Shown in pieces: positions 29,827-39,497 of a stretch of DNA of 64,000 nucleotides; the first letter of the stretch is position 1, and each line of letters begins with the position of its first letter. This DNA is from an uncultured Spirochaetota bacterium (GTDB lineage: Bacteria > Spirochaetota > Spirochaetia > SZUA-6 > Fen-1364): contig CAVTHO010000008.1 of the NCBI GenBank assembly GCA_963734545.1, positions 812,643-876,642 on the forward strand. The letters are read 5' to 3'. The notes below the pieces were generated by a model that saw only the letters and a list, made by a program, of their open reading frames with translations, searched no databases and was not told the DNA's origin. A program made the translations under genes and the position numbers.

Positions 29827-29841
29827 ACCAGCAGATTTTCG

Positions 29842-29915
29842 GGGCGATTAACTCAGCGGCCCAGAGTGCTACCTTCACACGGTAGAAGTCACTGGTTCAA
29901 ATCCAGTATCGCCCA
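29842..29915 (+). tRNA. tRNA-Val (CAC), CCA not encoded
   Basis: GGGCGATTAACTCAGCGGCCCAGAGTGCTACCTTCACACGGTAGAAGTCACTGGTTCAAATCCAGTATCGCCCA cloverleaf with anticodon CAC. Confidence 0.93.
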
Positions 29916-29928
29916 TATTGAGCGAGCC

Positions 29929-31390
29929 ATGAGTGATCTGGGCGCGTACGATGCCATCGGGCTGGGCGAGCTTGTCCGCAGGCGAAAGGTTTCCCCCGCG
30001 GACCTCCTGGAGAACACGATCCGCCGCATCGAGGCGGTCAACCCGAGCCTGAACGCAGTCATCTGCACGCTCTGGGACCGGGCCCGGGCGGAAGTGAAGA
30101 AACGCACGGAAAAGGGTGCTGCCTCCGGCGAGCGCTTCCCCGGCGTTCCCTACCTGTTGAAGGACCTCCTGACGGACATGCAAGGCGCGCCATTCGCTGA
30201 CGGGTCCCGGTTCGTGCATGGCCACGTGTCCGCAATCGACAGCGAGCTCGTCGAGCCGGACTCGCAAGAGCGGTCTTGTCATCGCCGGAAGGACGAACAC
30301 GTCAGAGCTCGGCGTGCTCACCACCGCGGAGCCGCTTCTCTACGGCCCGGCGCGAAACCCATGGAACCTCAGGTTGACAACAGGGGGATCCAGCGGCGGA
30401 TCGGCAGCCGCCGTTGCGGCGGGCATGGTGCCGATGGCCCACGGCAACGACGGCGGCGGCTCCATCCGCATCCCCGCGTCCTGCTGCGGAGTGTTCGGCC
30501 TGAAGCCGACCCGGGGCCGCAACAGCCTGGGGCCGCTGTTCGGAGACTTCGCCCATGGCATCGTTTGTGAGCATGCCCTTACCCGCACGGTGCGGGACTC
30601 CGCGGCTCTGCTCGACGTCACCTCGGGCGCCGTCCCCGGTGATCCCTACGTTGCCCCGGCCCCCGCGCGGCCCTTCCTCGAGGAAGCGCGCCGAAGCCCC
30701 GGCCGGCTGAAAATCGCTTTCCTCTCTCGCGTGCCCGACGGCTGGAACGAGGAGACGGCGCTGCATCCGGATTGCGCGGCCGCCGTGCACGATGCCGCTC
30801 GGCTCTGCGAGTCCCTCGGCCATACGGTGGTGGAGGCAGACCCGGCCGCCCTTGCCTGGCCCGACCTGCCCCGGCGTTTCATCACGATTTTCTCATCCTT
30901 TGTCGGGCACTCGGTGGCGTACTGGGAGCGTACGCTGGGGAAGTCAGTGACACGGGAGGATCTGGAGCCGGTGACATGGGACTTGTACCAGGCGAGCCAG
31001 GGGATCACCAGTGCCGCCTACCTGGTAACGTGGGAGGAGCTGCAGCGCTTCTCACGCAAGGTGGCATGCTGGTACCGGGACGGCGGGTGGGATGTCCTCC
31101 TGTCCCCCACGATGCAGGTCCCTCCGACGGAACTCGGGTCCTTCGACCCGTCGCCCGGCGATCCGGGGAAATCGATCAGGCTCGCGCTGTCTTTCGTCGC
31201 TTTCACGCGCACGCAGAACATCACCGGGGATCCGGCCATGTCCGTCCCTCTCTACTGGAACAAGGACGAGGTGCCCATCGGGGTGCAGTTCGCGGCGCCC
31301 TTCGGCGCCGAGGCGACGCTCTTCCGGCTCGCCGCGCAACTGGAGAAGGCGCGGCCGTGGGCTGCGCGGAGGCCGCCCGTGCACTGCTGA
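29929..31390 (+). CDS. Amidase-signature family amidase (one apparent frameshift, ~30256)
   Basis: GVPYLLKD in the first frame; [20 protein letters not shown] and [12 protein letters not shown] in the second. Confidence 0.88.
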
Positions 31391-31429
31391 GCCGCCCCTC
31401 GAGCAGCGCCGCATAGAATCCACGCTGCT

Positions 31430-31468
31430 CCTGCAATCCTTATTGCGGGCCGCAATCTGTATTGCAGG
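31430..31468. promoter_or_regulatory. Tandem palindromes GCAAT-N4-ATTGC, candidate upstream activator sequence
   Basis: GCAATccttATTGC (31433-31446) and GCAATctgtATTGC (31452-31465), about 100-135 bp upstream of the predicted sigma-54 start site. Confidence 0.65.
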
Positions 31469-31540
31469 CCGCGCGTGTGTATCGAGCCCCACCTCTTACG
31501 CTAATTCTTTACAAATAAAGCAATTGACAAATGCCCGATG

Positions 31541-31557
31541 TTGGCATGCCCCTTGCT
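31541..31557 (+). promoter_or_regulatory. Sigma-54 (-24/-12) promoter of the lipid operon
   Basis: TTGGCAT-GCCCC-TTGCT, near-consensus TGGCAC-N5-TTGCW; AT-rich IHF-like tract at about 31501-31531. Confidence 0.75.
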
Positions 31558-31569
31558 TTGTCTCTTGTC

Positions 31570-32547
31570 ATGATGAAGAACATATTGAAGTTCCTGAAAG
31601 AGTACGTAAAGTCGATGCGGCTCTACTACTCATTCGTCACGGGCATCGCCGGCTGGATCGGCATCACCTGCTATGAGTATTCCGCCGACCTTCCGACCTC
31701 GGGAGCCGGCGCAAGAAAACTCGTCATTCTGGTACTTGCGTTCCTGGGCTGGGGAATAAACCAGATCGTCAACGACTACCTCGGTCTGCCGGAGGACCGA
31801 ATCAACGCACCCCGGCGGCCCATGGTCACAGGAGCCCTCGACCCTCGGAAAGCTCTGCTCCTCTCGTCGTTCCTCATGCTTGGTGCTGCTGTGGTCACCT
31901 GGCTTTTCCTGGAGCCCATTGCGATCGTGTTCCTCCTGGCAGGAGTCATGCTGAACGTGCTGTACGAAAAGGCGAAAGGATACGGCGTCTGGGGCAACAT
32001 CGTTTTCGGCCTGATGATCTGCATGGTGACCCTGTACGGCTTTTTCGCGATGGGCCCCGTCCATGGATTCCGCTGGCTGTCCCGCATCCTGCCGGTGCTT
32101 GCTCTCCTTTGCACGATCAACGGGCTCATGACCCTGTACACGTATTTCAAGGACTACTCCGGGGATCGACGAACCGGGAAAAGAACATTGATTGTCATCT
32201 GGGGGCTGAAGAGATCGAGGATCTGCGCCTTCGCAGGGGCCTTTCTGCCGCTGTCGGTGTTCGTTCTCCTCATGGCTGCCAACAAGCTCCCCATCCACAT
32301 TGGCGCCGAGTTCATGCTCCTCGGCTCGCTGGCCCTGGCCCTGCAGATCTGGACAGGAGCTCTCTTCTATTTGAAGCCCGTCGGAAAGGCGACGTACACA
32401 TCCCTGGGAGTCAATTTCAAGGCGTGCGTATGCGCGGAAGCCGCCCTGCTGTCACTGTTCGACCCCCTGCTGGGCGTTCAACTCTTCGTCATTTCGTATT
32501 TCGCCGTGACCTTTCTCTTCTTTCTGCACAAAAACGCCAAGGCCTAG
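31570..32547 (+). CDS. UbiA-superfamily prenyltransferase (DGGGP synthase/chlorophyll synthase-like)
   Basis: NQIVNDYLGLPEDRINAPRRPMVTG and FKDYSGDRRTGKRTL Asp-rich motifs; multiple TM helices. Confidence 0.88.
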   Translation: MMKNILKFLKEYVKSMRLYYSFVTGIAGWIGITCYEYSADLPTSGAGARKLVILVLAFLGWGINQIVNDYLGLPEDRINAPRRPMVTGALDPRKALLLSSFLMLGAAVVTWLFLEPIAIVFLLAGVMLNVLYEKAKGYGVWGNIVFGLMICMVTLYGFFAMGPVHGFRWLSRILPVLALLCTINGLMTLYTYFKDYSGDRRTGKRTLIVIWGLKRSRICAFAGAFLPLSVFVLLMAANKLPIHIGAEFMLLGSLALALQIWTGALFYLKPVGKATYTSLGVNFKACVCAEAALLSLFDPLLGVQLFVISYFAVTFLFFLHKNAKA

Positions 32548-32558
32548 AGGAGGAAGTG

Positions 32559-33776
32559 ATGATCGCGCTTCAGCCGGCACGGATCGGCGCAGTGGTACTG
32601 AAGAACAGGATAGTCCGTTCGGCAACGTACGAAGGTCGATGCGACGATCATGGATTTCCGGATGAAAGCTATCGAGACCTGTACGCGGAGCTGGCGCGCA
32701 ACGAGGTCGGAGCGATGATCACGGGTTTCACCTATATCACGCGTTCCGGCAGAGCCATGCAGCCCCGGCAAGCGGGGATCGAGAACGAGTCCAAGATTCG
32801 ATTCTACCGGGAAGTCACCCGTGCGGTGCACAGCCATGACGGCAGGATATTCATGCAGCTTGCTCATACGGGGCGGCAGACCTCGCGCCAGGCAACGGGT
32901 GAAGAAGTTGCAGGAGCCAGCGGGAAACGGTCTCGCTACTTCAATCAGAAGCCCCGGTCACTTGAAGCGCGTGAAGTCCTTCGGATCGTGGAGCAGTTCG
33001 CCGACTCCGCGGTACGCGCCATGCAGGCCGGGTTCGACGGCATACAGCTCCATGCGGCACATGGCTACCTCATTCACCAGTTCCTTTCACCCGCCATCAA
33101 CACCAGGAAGGACTTGTTCGGCATCGACAGAGAATCTCGGCTGGGAATCCGCTTCCTCGACCTGATCATCGACTGCATCAGGCAGAAGTGCGGACCGCAC
33201 TACCCCGTCCTGGTGAAGATCAGCGGCGGGGATGACGGCCGAAACGGCATGTCCGAGACTCGGCTCGTACGACTGATTCACTTCCTCAACACCAAGAAGG
33301 TGGATGCGATCGAGATCAGTTGCGGCACCATGGAACGTCCACTGGATATCTTTCGCGGCGCCAGCATTCCGCTGGACGTGATACTGCGCTGCAACCCGCG
33401 ATACAGGATTCCGGGCGCACTCCGGCGTTCTCTCTGGAAGACCCTGGCCGCGCCTTTCATTCTGGCCCGAACAAGGCCGCTCACCCCCGCGTACAATCTC
33501 CACTTCGCCGAAACGGCCAAGAGGCATTCGGACGTCCCGATCATCAGCGTGGGCGGCTTCCGCAGCGGCGGCCAGATCGAGTCGTCCCTCGCCGACGGCA
33601 AGACGGACTTCATCGGTTTGTGCAGGCCCCTGCTGTGTGAGCCTGATTTCGTACAGAGACTGAAGGAGAACAACTCCTACGTCTCGCGATGCGTCAGCTG
33701 CAACGTGTGCGCAGTTCTCTGCGACACGCGAAGTCCGACGCGATGTCATTTCGGGGAGGCAGTCCATGAGTATTGA
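32559..33776 (+). CDS. NADH:flavin oxidoreductase (Old Yellow Enzyme family) with C-terminal Cys cluster
   Basis: KNRIVRSAT, QLAHTG, GFDGIQLHAAHGYL..QFLSP, CRPLLCEP, CVSCNVC..C. Confidence 0.9.
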   Translation: MIALQPARIGAVVLKNRIVRSATYEGRCDDHGFPDESYRDLYAELARNEVGAMITGFTYITRSGRAMQPRQAGIENESKIRFYREVTRAVHSHDGRIFMQLAHTGRQTSRQATGEEVAGASGKRSRYFNQKPRSLEAREVLRIVEQFADSAVRAMQAGFDGIQLHAAHGYLIHQFLSPAINTRKDLFGIDRESRLGIRFLDLIIDCIRQKCGPHYPVLVKISGGDDGRNGMSETRLVRLIHFLNTKKVDAIEISCGTMERPLDIFRGASIPLDVILRCNPRYRIPGALRRSLWKTLAAPFILARTRPLTPAYNLHFAETAKRHSDVPIISVGGFRSGGQIESSLADGKTDFIGLCRPLLCEPDFVQRLKENNSYVSRCVSCNVCAVLCDTRSPTRCHFGEAVHEY

Positions 33777-34017
33777 AGAGCGGGTCATATCAGTGGTGCG
33801 AGAAAATCTGGAGAACGGCAGAGAGATCCCCATCACCCCGGGGAGCGAGCTGGTGAAGGATCTGGAAATCGATTCCGTGAGCGCCCTGACGATCCTTTTC
33901 GGTCTGGAAAAGGAGTTCTCCGCTTCTCTGCACGAATCGATGTTCGGCAGCTGCAAGACCGTTCACGACGTCATCGCCAGCCTCGAAAGACAGTTGCCGC
34001 AGCTGCGGGGAGGCTGA
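33766..34017 (+). CDS. Acyl carrier protein
   Basis: 83 aa, acidic, DLEIDSVS phosphopantetheine motif, LEKEF, KTVHDV. Confidence 0.88.
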   Translation: MSIEERVISVVRENLENGREIPITPGSELVKDLEIDSVSALTILFGLEKEFSASLHESMFGSCKTVHDVIASLERQLPQLRGG

Positions 34018-34018
34018 G

Positions 34019-35200
34019 ATGAGCACACCGGGTTATCTCGAGCAGCTCACGATCGACAAGAGCCTCGCGGAAACGCTGAACTTCAACCCGTATTATCAGG
34101 TCCTGCGATCCGGTCTGGGAGACCCGATCAGAGTCGGCGGCGAAGAGTTCATCAACCTCGCTTCGAACAACTATCTCGGCATCGGCAGCTCGGACAGAGT
34201 CAAGAAGGCCATGATCGACGGCGTGCAGCGATATGGCGTCTCCATGTGCGGCACTCCCATTGCAACCGGCTATGTCGATGCGTTTGCCCGGCTCGAGCGG
34301 AGACTGGCCGGGTTCGTCGGTCTGAAGGATTCCACCGTATTCCCCTCCTGCTATCAGGCGAACCTCGGCGTCTTTTCCGCCATCGCGAGGAAGGAAGATG
34401 CGATCATCTTCGACCACTATGCGCATTCGTCCCTCGTGAGCGGCATCAGGGCGGTGGGATGCAGGGCGCTGGCATTCCTTCACAACGATACTCGCCATCT
34501 GGAGAAGCTCCTGCAGAGCACATCGGGCTGCCGACAGACCTTTGTCGTGACGGAATCCGTGTTCTCAACTGAAGGGAGCATCGCGCCGTTTCGTGAGATC
34601 GTTCAATTGTGCGCCGCGCATGACGCCATTCCTGTCGTTGATGACTCCCACGGCATCGGCGTGCTCGGAAAGAACGGGCGAGGAATACTCGAGGAGCAGA
34701 ATATCGAGAGCTACCCGGGCATCTACACGGCCTCCCTGGGCAAGGCGCTCGCAAATTTCGGAGGAATGGTCGCCGGCAGCGCGAACCTGATCGAATACCT
34801 GCGGTATGCCTGCCCCGCTCTCATCTACTCCACGGCCCTGCCGCCTTCGATCCTGCTGGGAATAGAGGCGGCCCTCGACATTGTCGAAGAGGAATTCACG
34901 GTGCGGGCCCGGCGGATGTGGAGATACAAGAACCTCGTATCCTCCCGGCTTCAGGAGCTCGGCTTTTCAGTCATTGCCGGCGAGGCGCCGATCACATCTG
35001 TGGCCTGCGGCGGGCTTGCAGACACGCTGCGCTTCGCCCGGGAGCTCTACTCGCAGAAGATTCTCGCCACGCCGTTTGTCCCCCCCTCTGTCCCGCCGAA
35101 CATGGGCAGAGTCCGGCTCATCGCCGGGGCAGACCTGCAGGAGTCTTCCGTCCAGCGGGCTCTGGATGCCTTTTCCCGGATCGCAGAGGGACGATCATGA
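34019..35200 (+). CDS. PLP-dependent alpha-oxoamine synthase (serine palmitoyltransferase/BioF/KBL family)
   Basis: NLASNNYLG, DHYAHSSL, HND, TESVFSTEG, VDDSHGIG, SLGKAL (PLP Lys), PPSVP..RVR. Confidence 0.9.
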   Translation: MSTPGYLEQLTIDKSLAETLNFNPYYQVLRSGLGDPIRVGGEEFINLASNNYLGIGSSDRVKKAMIDGVQRYGVSMCGTPIATGYVDAFARLERRLAGFVGLKDSTVFPSCYQANLGVFSAIARKEDAIIFDHYAHSSLVSGIRAVGCRALAFLHNDTRHLEKLLQSTSGCRQTFVVTESVFSTEGSIAPFREIVQLCAAHDAIPVVDDSHGIGVLGKNGRGILEEQNIESYPGIYTASLGKALANFGGMVAGSANLIEYLRYACPALIYSTALPPSILLGIEAALDIVEEEFTVRARRMWRYKNLVSSRLQELGFSVIAGEAPITSVACGGLADTLRFARELYSQKILATPFVPPSVPPNMGRVRLIAGADLQESSVQRALDAFSRIAEGRS

Positions 35201-36168
35201 AGTACTTCTTCGTCCTGAATCCGGGCTCCGCGGGAGGGAAGAGCGGACGTCGGTTTTCCTCTGTGCACGAAGCTGTCACGCGTCGGCGCGTCAGGTTCGA
35301 TTTCGAGATTTGCCGCAGCCTCGACCACGCGTGCGACCTGTCGCGGATGGCAAACCGGTCAGGGTACGACGTCGTCGTTGCCGTCGGAGGAGACGGCACC
35401 ATCAATCAGGTGCTCAACGGATTCTATGACGAAAGGGGCGGGCGGATCTCGGATGCCTCGCTGGGGGTCCTGCATACGGGAACGAGCCCTGATTTCTGCA
35501 AGAGCCACGCCATCCCGTGTCAACTCGAGAGCGCCCTGGAGCTGCTTTTCGGAGGATGCACGAAGAAGATCCCTGTCGGCAGGATCACGCTGGCACGGCA
35601 GTTCGAACCGGCATTCGATGGAAAACCCGTATCGGACGACGCTCTCTTCCACACGCGGTACTTCGCGTGCTGCGCCAATATCGGCCTGGGAGCATCTGTG
35701 GCCCGCTGCGCAAACAACGGAATCAGGAAACGGCTCGGAGACTCTCCGGGCACTTTCATTGCCATCCTGAGAAGCCTGGCCCGGTTCGAACAATCCTCCT
35801 TCACGATCGTCCGTGATGGCAAAGCCCAGACCATACCCCGGCTCGTCAACCTGGCAATCGGAAAGACCTTCCACGTTGCCTCCGGCATCAAAGTCAGGAG
35901 CGAGCTGCGCGAGCATGATCGGCGCTTCTACTGCCTTGCTCTCCACGATCTGCGGATGGTCGATGTCGTGCCCTGCCTCGTGTCGCTCTACAGCGGGAGG
36001 ACGATCCAGGGCACGGGATACGCGGAGCTCGGGTACTGCTCGTCGATCCAGGTCCTGGGAAACAGCCGGTATCCCGAAGTGGAATACGACGGAGACCCCC
36101 AGGGATTTCTCCCCTGCCGCATCGAGACGGCTGCTGACGAGCTCTCCGTGATCGGAAAGCCATCATGA
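35197..36168 (+). CDS. Diacylglycerol/sphingosine/ceramide kinase family lipid kinase
   Basis: LNPGSAGG, VGGDGTINQVLNG, TGTSPDF, EYDGD; ATGA overlap with the AOS gene. Confidence 0.88.
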   Translation: MKYFFVLNPGSAGGKSGRRFSSVHEAVTRRRVRFDFEICRSLDHACDLSRMANRSGYDVVVAVGGDGTINQVLNGFYDERGGRISDASLGVLHTGTSPDFCKSHAIPCQLESALELLFGGCTKKIPVGRITLARQFEPAFDGKPVSDDALFHTRYFACCANIGLGASVARCANNGIRKRLGDSPGTFIAILRSLARFEQSSFTIVRDGKAQTIPRLVNLAIGKTFHVASGIKVRSELREHDRRFYCLALHDLRMVDVVPCLVSLYSGRTIQGTGYAELGYCSSIQVLGNSRYPEVEYDGDPQGFLPCRIETAADELSVIGKPS

Positions 36169-37193
36169 GCGTCGAGAAGAGCCTCATCGAGTTGATCGAC
36201 CACATTCTCCCGAAGGACCCGACGTGCCTGACCAAATGCTTCGAAGCAGATGCCCAGGTCATCAGGCTGGGCACCGGGACATTCGTCTTTTCGACTGATG
36301 GATTCTCGCACGAGGACCTGCTGCAGGAGAAAGATCCCTTCCGCCTTGGCTGGAACGTCGCGGTGGGCGCAATCAGCGACATCCTTGCCGTCGGCGGCGT
36401 GCCTCTGCTCTATGCGCACACGATGAGCATCGAGCCCCGGTGGAACGCGGCCTTCATTGAGAGATTTTCCAGAGGGGTGGCCAGGGCGCTGGAGTTGTCC
36501 GGGATCACCTTCATCGGGGGTGATCTCGGAAGGTCGGGAGAATGGAAGTATGCCGCCTCGGTGATCGGCACGCTGGCGGGAGAGCCGGTGCTCAGAAAGG
36601 GCGCATCCGAAGGAGACAGCATCTACCTTTCCGGCGAGGTCGGCGCCGGCAACCTGGAAGCGGCCATGAGCCTGTACGCCCGCAGGGTGGGATGTGCCGC
36701 GGCGGCGGGCAGGATCTGCGGCAGGTTCCACCTCCGCCTCTCGGAAGCCAGGCTCATGAAAAAGTACGCGACATCCGCAATCGACACCAGCGACGGCGTC
36801 TTTGACGCCCTGAGCACGTTGTCTGAGATAAATGGTACCGGCTACGTCGTGGAGAATCTGCCGTACCTCCGGCGGGGAGTCCTGCTCGCGAAGCTCCTCG
36901 CGGTGCCCCCATCCCTCCTCTTCTTCGGCGGATGCGGCGAGTACGAGCTTCTCTTCACGGTCAAGAGAGAAGAGGAGGCGGCGTTCCTGTCGGAGGCGCG
37001 GGAAAAAGGGCTGAGGTTCTACCGGCTGGGCGGAATAACCGGCGGGAAATCTCCGCAAAAGATTCTGCGGGAAAACGGCGCGCGCATCGATCTGTCACAG
37101 GTGAGCATGTCGGCCCGGGACTTCGGCACTGCGGAGGAGTACCTGGAGAAACTGCAGGCGATGGTGGAGGGACTGAAATGCCAAGGGTCGTGA
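36165..37193 (+). CDS. ThiL-like (PurM/AIR-synthase superfamily) kinase
   Basis: STD, AISDILAVGG, IGGDL, LRKGASEGD, AIDTSDG, GEYELLFT; diverged from canonical ThiL. Confidence 0.82.
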   Translation: MSVEKSLIELIDHILPKDPTCLTKCFEADAQVIRLGTGTFVFSTDGFSHEDLLQEKDPFRLGWNVAVGAISDILAVGGVPLLYAHTMSIEPRWNAAFIERFSRGVARALELSGITFIGGDLGRSGEWKYAASVIGTLAGEPVLRKGASEGDSIYLSGEVGAGNLEAAMSLYARRVGCAAAAGRICGRFHLRLSEARLMKKYATSAIDTSDGVFDALSTLSEINGTGYVVENLPYLRRGVLLAKLLAVPPSLLFFGGCGEYELLFTVKREEEAAFLSEAREKGLRFYRLGGITGGKSPQKILRENGARIDLSQVSMSARDFGTAEEYLEKLQAMVEGLKCQGS

Positions 37194-38446
37194 TCACGGG
37201 CATCGGAATCCTGACCTCGCTCGGAGTCGGGAAGGATGAGTTCATGCGGAACCTCTTTCTGCAGAAAACTCCTCTGGCAGCCATACCCGCCTCTTTTGAG
37301 AAGCATTATTCCTTTACATCCAGGTTCTATGTTCCGTTCTCGGTTCCCGCCCTGAACGACTATGGCATCCCGTCGCATCATCAATGCTTCATGCAGGACG
37401 CTCACAAGATCGCCGTTATTGCCGCGAAACTGGCTCTCTCGGACGCGGGGTTCTTGATTTCCAGTGACGGGCGATCCTTCAGAATCGAAGAGCTCGCGGA
37501 TTGCGGCGTCTGCATCGGGATGGGCTTCCTGGGGATGCGCGAGGGCTTCTCATCATACCTCGCCCACCTGGCCGGCGAGGACGGGCCGCCGTTTTCCTGG
37601 ATCTCGAAAAGCGTCCGGTTCAACAGGCTGATCATCCCGGTCATGATGCCCAATTCAGTGTCGGCATGGATTTCGATCCTGTTTCATCTCAATGGAAGCT
37701 CCTGCACCGTGAATGCCTCCTGCGCGTCGGGAACGCTGGCCATCGGCGAGGCATTCAGGAGGATAAAGGACGGATACGAGACGGTGGCCCTGGCAGGCGG
37801 GGTGGAATGCCTGAAAGACGAATGCGGCGGCGTGATGCGCGGGTTCGATGTTCTCGGAGCGCTCACCCGGGCGGAAGACGGCAGACCGTTGCCCTTTTCA
37901 GGCCGGAGAAGCGGCTTTCTTTTTTCGGAGGGCGGCGGATGCATCCTCGTCCTGGAAGAGCTCGCGCATGCGCGAAGTCGCGGCGCTTCGATATATGCTG
38001 AAATCGCCGATTTCAGGTCAAACAGCGACGCCTGCAGCATTCTCCAGATGGAGGGGAGCGGGGCGCAGATCAGGAGACTCCTGAAGGACCTGAAAGGCGA
38101 TCGGACCATCGACTATCTGAACTCCCACGGCACGGGAACGGCGGCAAACGATTCGATCGAGGCGCGAGCCATTCACGAGGTCTTCGGCAGCAGAGACGCG
38201 CAGCCGTTCATCGACGCGACAAAAGGGATACTTGGCCACACCGTGGGAGCCAGCGGAGCCATAGAGGCCGCCGTGGTGGCGCTGTCCATCAGGGAATCCA
38301 GGATTCATGGCAGTGCGGTACCTGACCCCATCCCTGATCTCAATCTCGCTTCCTGCAATCAGAGCTTGCCCATCACGTACGCCATCTCGACATCCTACGG
38401 GTTCGGAGGGCACAACGCCGGACTCCTCTTTCGGAGGTATGGATGA
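37178..38446 (+). CDS. Beta-ketoacyl-ACP synthase (FabF/FabB-type)
   Basis: RVVITGIG; Cys-His-His triad in ASCASG, NSHGTGT and GHTVGASG; SYGFGGHN. Confidence 0.92.
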   Translation: MPRVVITGIGILTSLGVGKDEFMRNLFLQKTPLAAIPASFEKHYSFTSRFYVPFSVPALNDYGIPSHHQCFMQDAHKIAVIAAKLALSDAGFLISSDGRSFRIEELADCGVCIGMGFLGMREGFSSYLAHLAGEDGPPFSWISKSVRFNRLIIPVMMPNSVSAWISILFHLNGSSCTVNASCASGTLAIGEAFRRIKDGYETVALAGGVECLKDECGGVMRGFDVLGALTRAEDGRPLPFSGRRSGFLFSEGGGCILVLEELAHARSRGASIYAEIADFRSNSDACSILQMEGSGAQIRRLLKDLKGDRTIDYLNSHGTGTAANDSIEARAIHEVFGSRDAQPFIDATKGILGHTVGASGAIEAAVVALSIRESRIHGSAVPDPIPDLNLASCNQSLPITYAISTSYGFGGHNAGLLFRRYG

Positions 38447-39497
38447 TGGACCGTGTCATGATCACCGGCGCCACCGGTTTCATCGGGAGTCACATCACCC
38501 GCGCGTTCATCGGGCATGGCGTGAAGGTGGGCTGTCTCGTGCGGCGATGCAGCGATCTCGCGAATCTCGAAGGGCTGAACGTCGAGCTGCGGTATGGGGA
38601 CATTCGGGACAGAGAAAGCCTGGTCAGCGCTTTCAAGGACTATGACGCGGTCATTCACAATGCCGCCCTCGTTGCCGACTGGGGGCCATACAGGGATTTC
38701 TACCAGACCAACGTGCGGGGCACGCTCAATGTCATGGACGGCATGCCTGCAGAACGGTATTGAGAAGATCATCATGGCAGGCTCCAACGCCGTGTATGGT
38801 GAGGAAGACTGCAGGACATCAAAGAACGAGGATTCACCTCTCAATCCCCATTACCGCTATTTTCTCGGGAGAATTGTTCCCTGCAAGCTCAACTATTACC
38901 GGGACACCAAGACCCTGGCAACGGTCCTCGCTTCGGACTACGCCCGGAAGTTCGGGCTGAACCTCACGATTCTGGATCCCGGTGTGGGTGTACGGCGAGC
39001 GGGAGCTGCATACCGGCTTCTACGAGTACCTTCGCTCGGTACAAGGCGGGATGATCGTCACGCCGGGATGCAGACGCAACAAGTTCCATGCCATTTATGC
39101 GGGAGATCTGGCAGAGGCGTATTACTGTGCGTTCCGCAAGGGAGTGAGCGGTGTCAGAAGGTTTATCATCGGCAATGAGCGAGCCGAGCGAATGTCCACA
39201 ATCTACGGGCTTCTCTGCCGTGAAGCTCGGCTCAAGCCGCCGCGAAACCTCCCCAAGTTCATTTTCTACCCGGTCGGGCTTCTCATGGAAATCCTCTGGA
39301 GCGCGCTGGGTTTCGCGGCGCCGCCGCTGCTGACCCGGGGAAGGGTGAACCTCTTCTACGACAGCATCACGTACTCCGTGGAAAAGGCGAAAAAGATGCT
39401 CGGCTTTGCGGGCACGTACTCCCTGGAGGAGGGCATCGCAAGGACCGTGTCCTGGTATCGAACAAATCACCTGCTGCAGGGGAGGGAAAAACCATGA
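38443..39497 (+). CDS. Extended SDR, NAD-dependent epimerase/3-beta-HSD-like reductase (two apparent frameshifts, ~38740 and ~38980)
   Basis: ITGATGFIG, HNAA, TNVRGT; GSNAVYG and YRDTK (YxxxK) in the second frame; WVYGE and KAKKMLG in the third. Confidence 0.85.

Noticed and set aside
31570-32547. Chlorophyll/bacteriochlorophyll synthase indicating phototrophy
   Set aside because: No photosynthesis genes are in the window, and the shared motifs are general to the UbiA superfamily.
34019-37193. Reading the AOS and ThiL-like genes as plain bioF and thiL
   Set aside because: No other biotin or thiamine genes are adjacent, the motifs are diverged, and both genes are translationally coupled to lipid enzymes; gene symbols were withheld.
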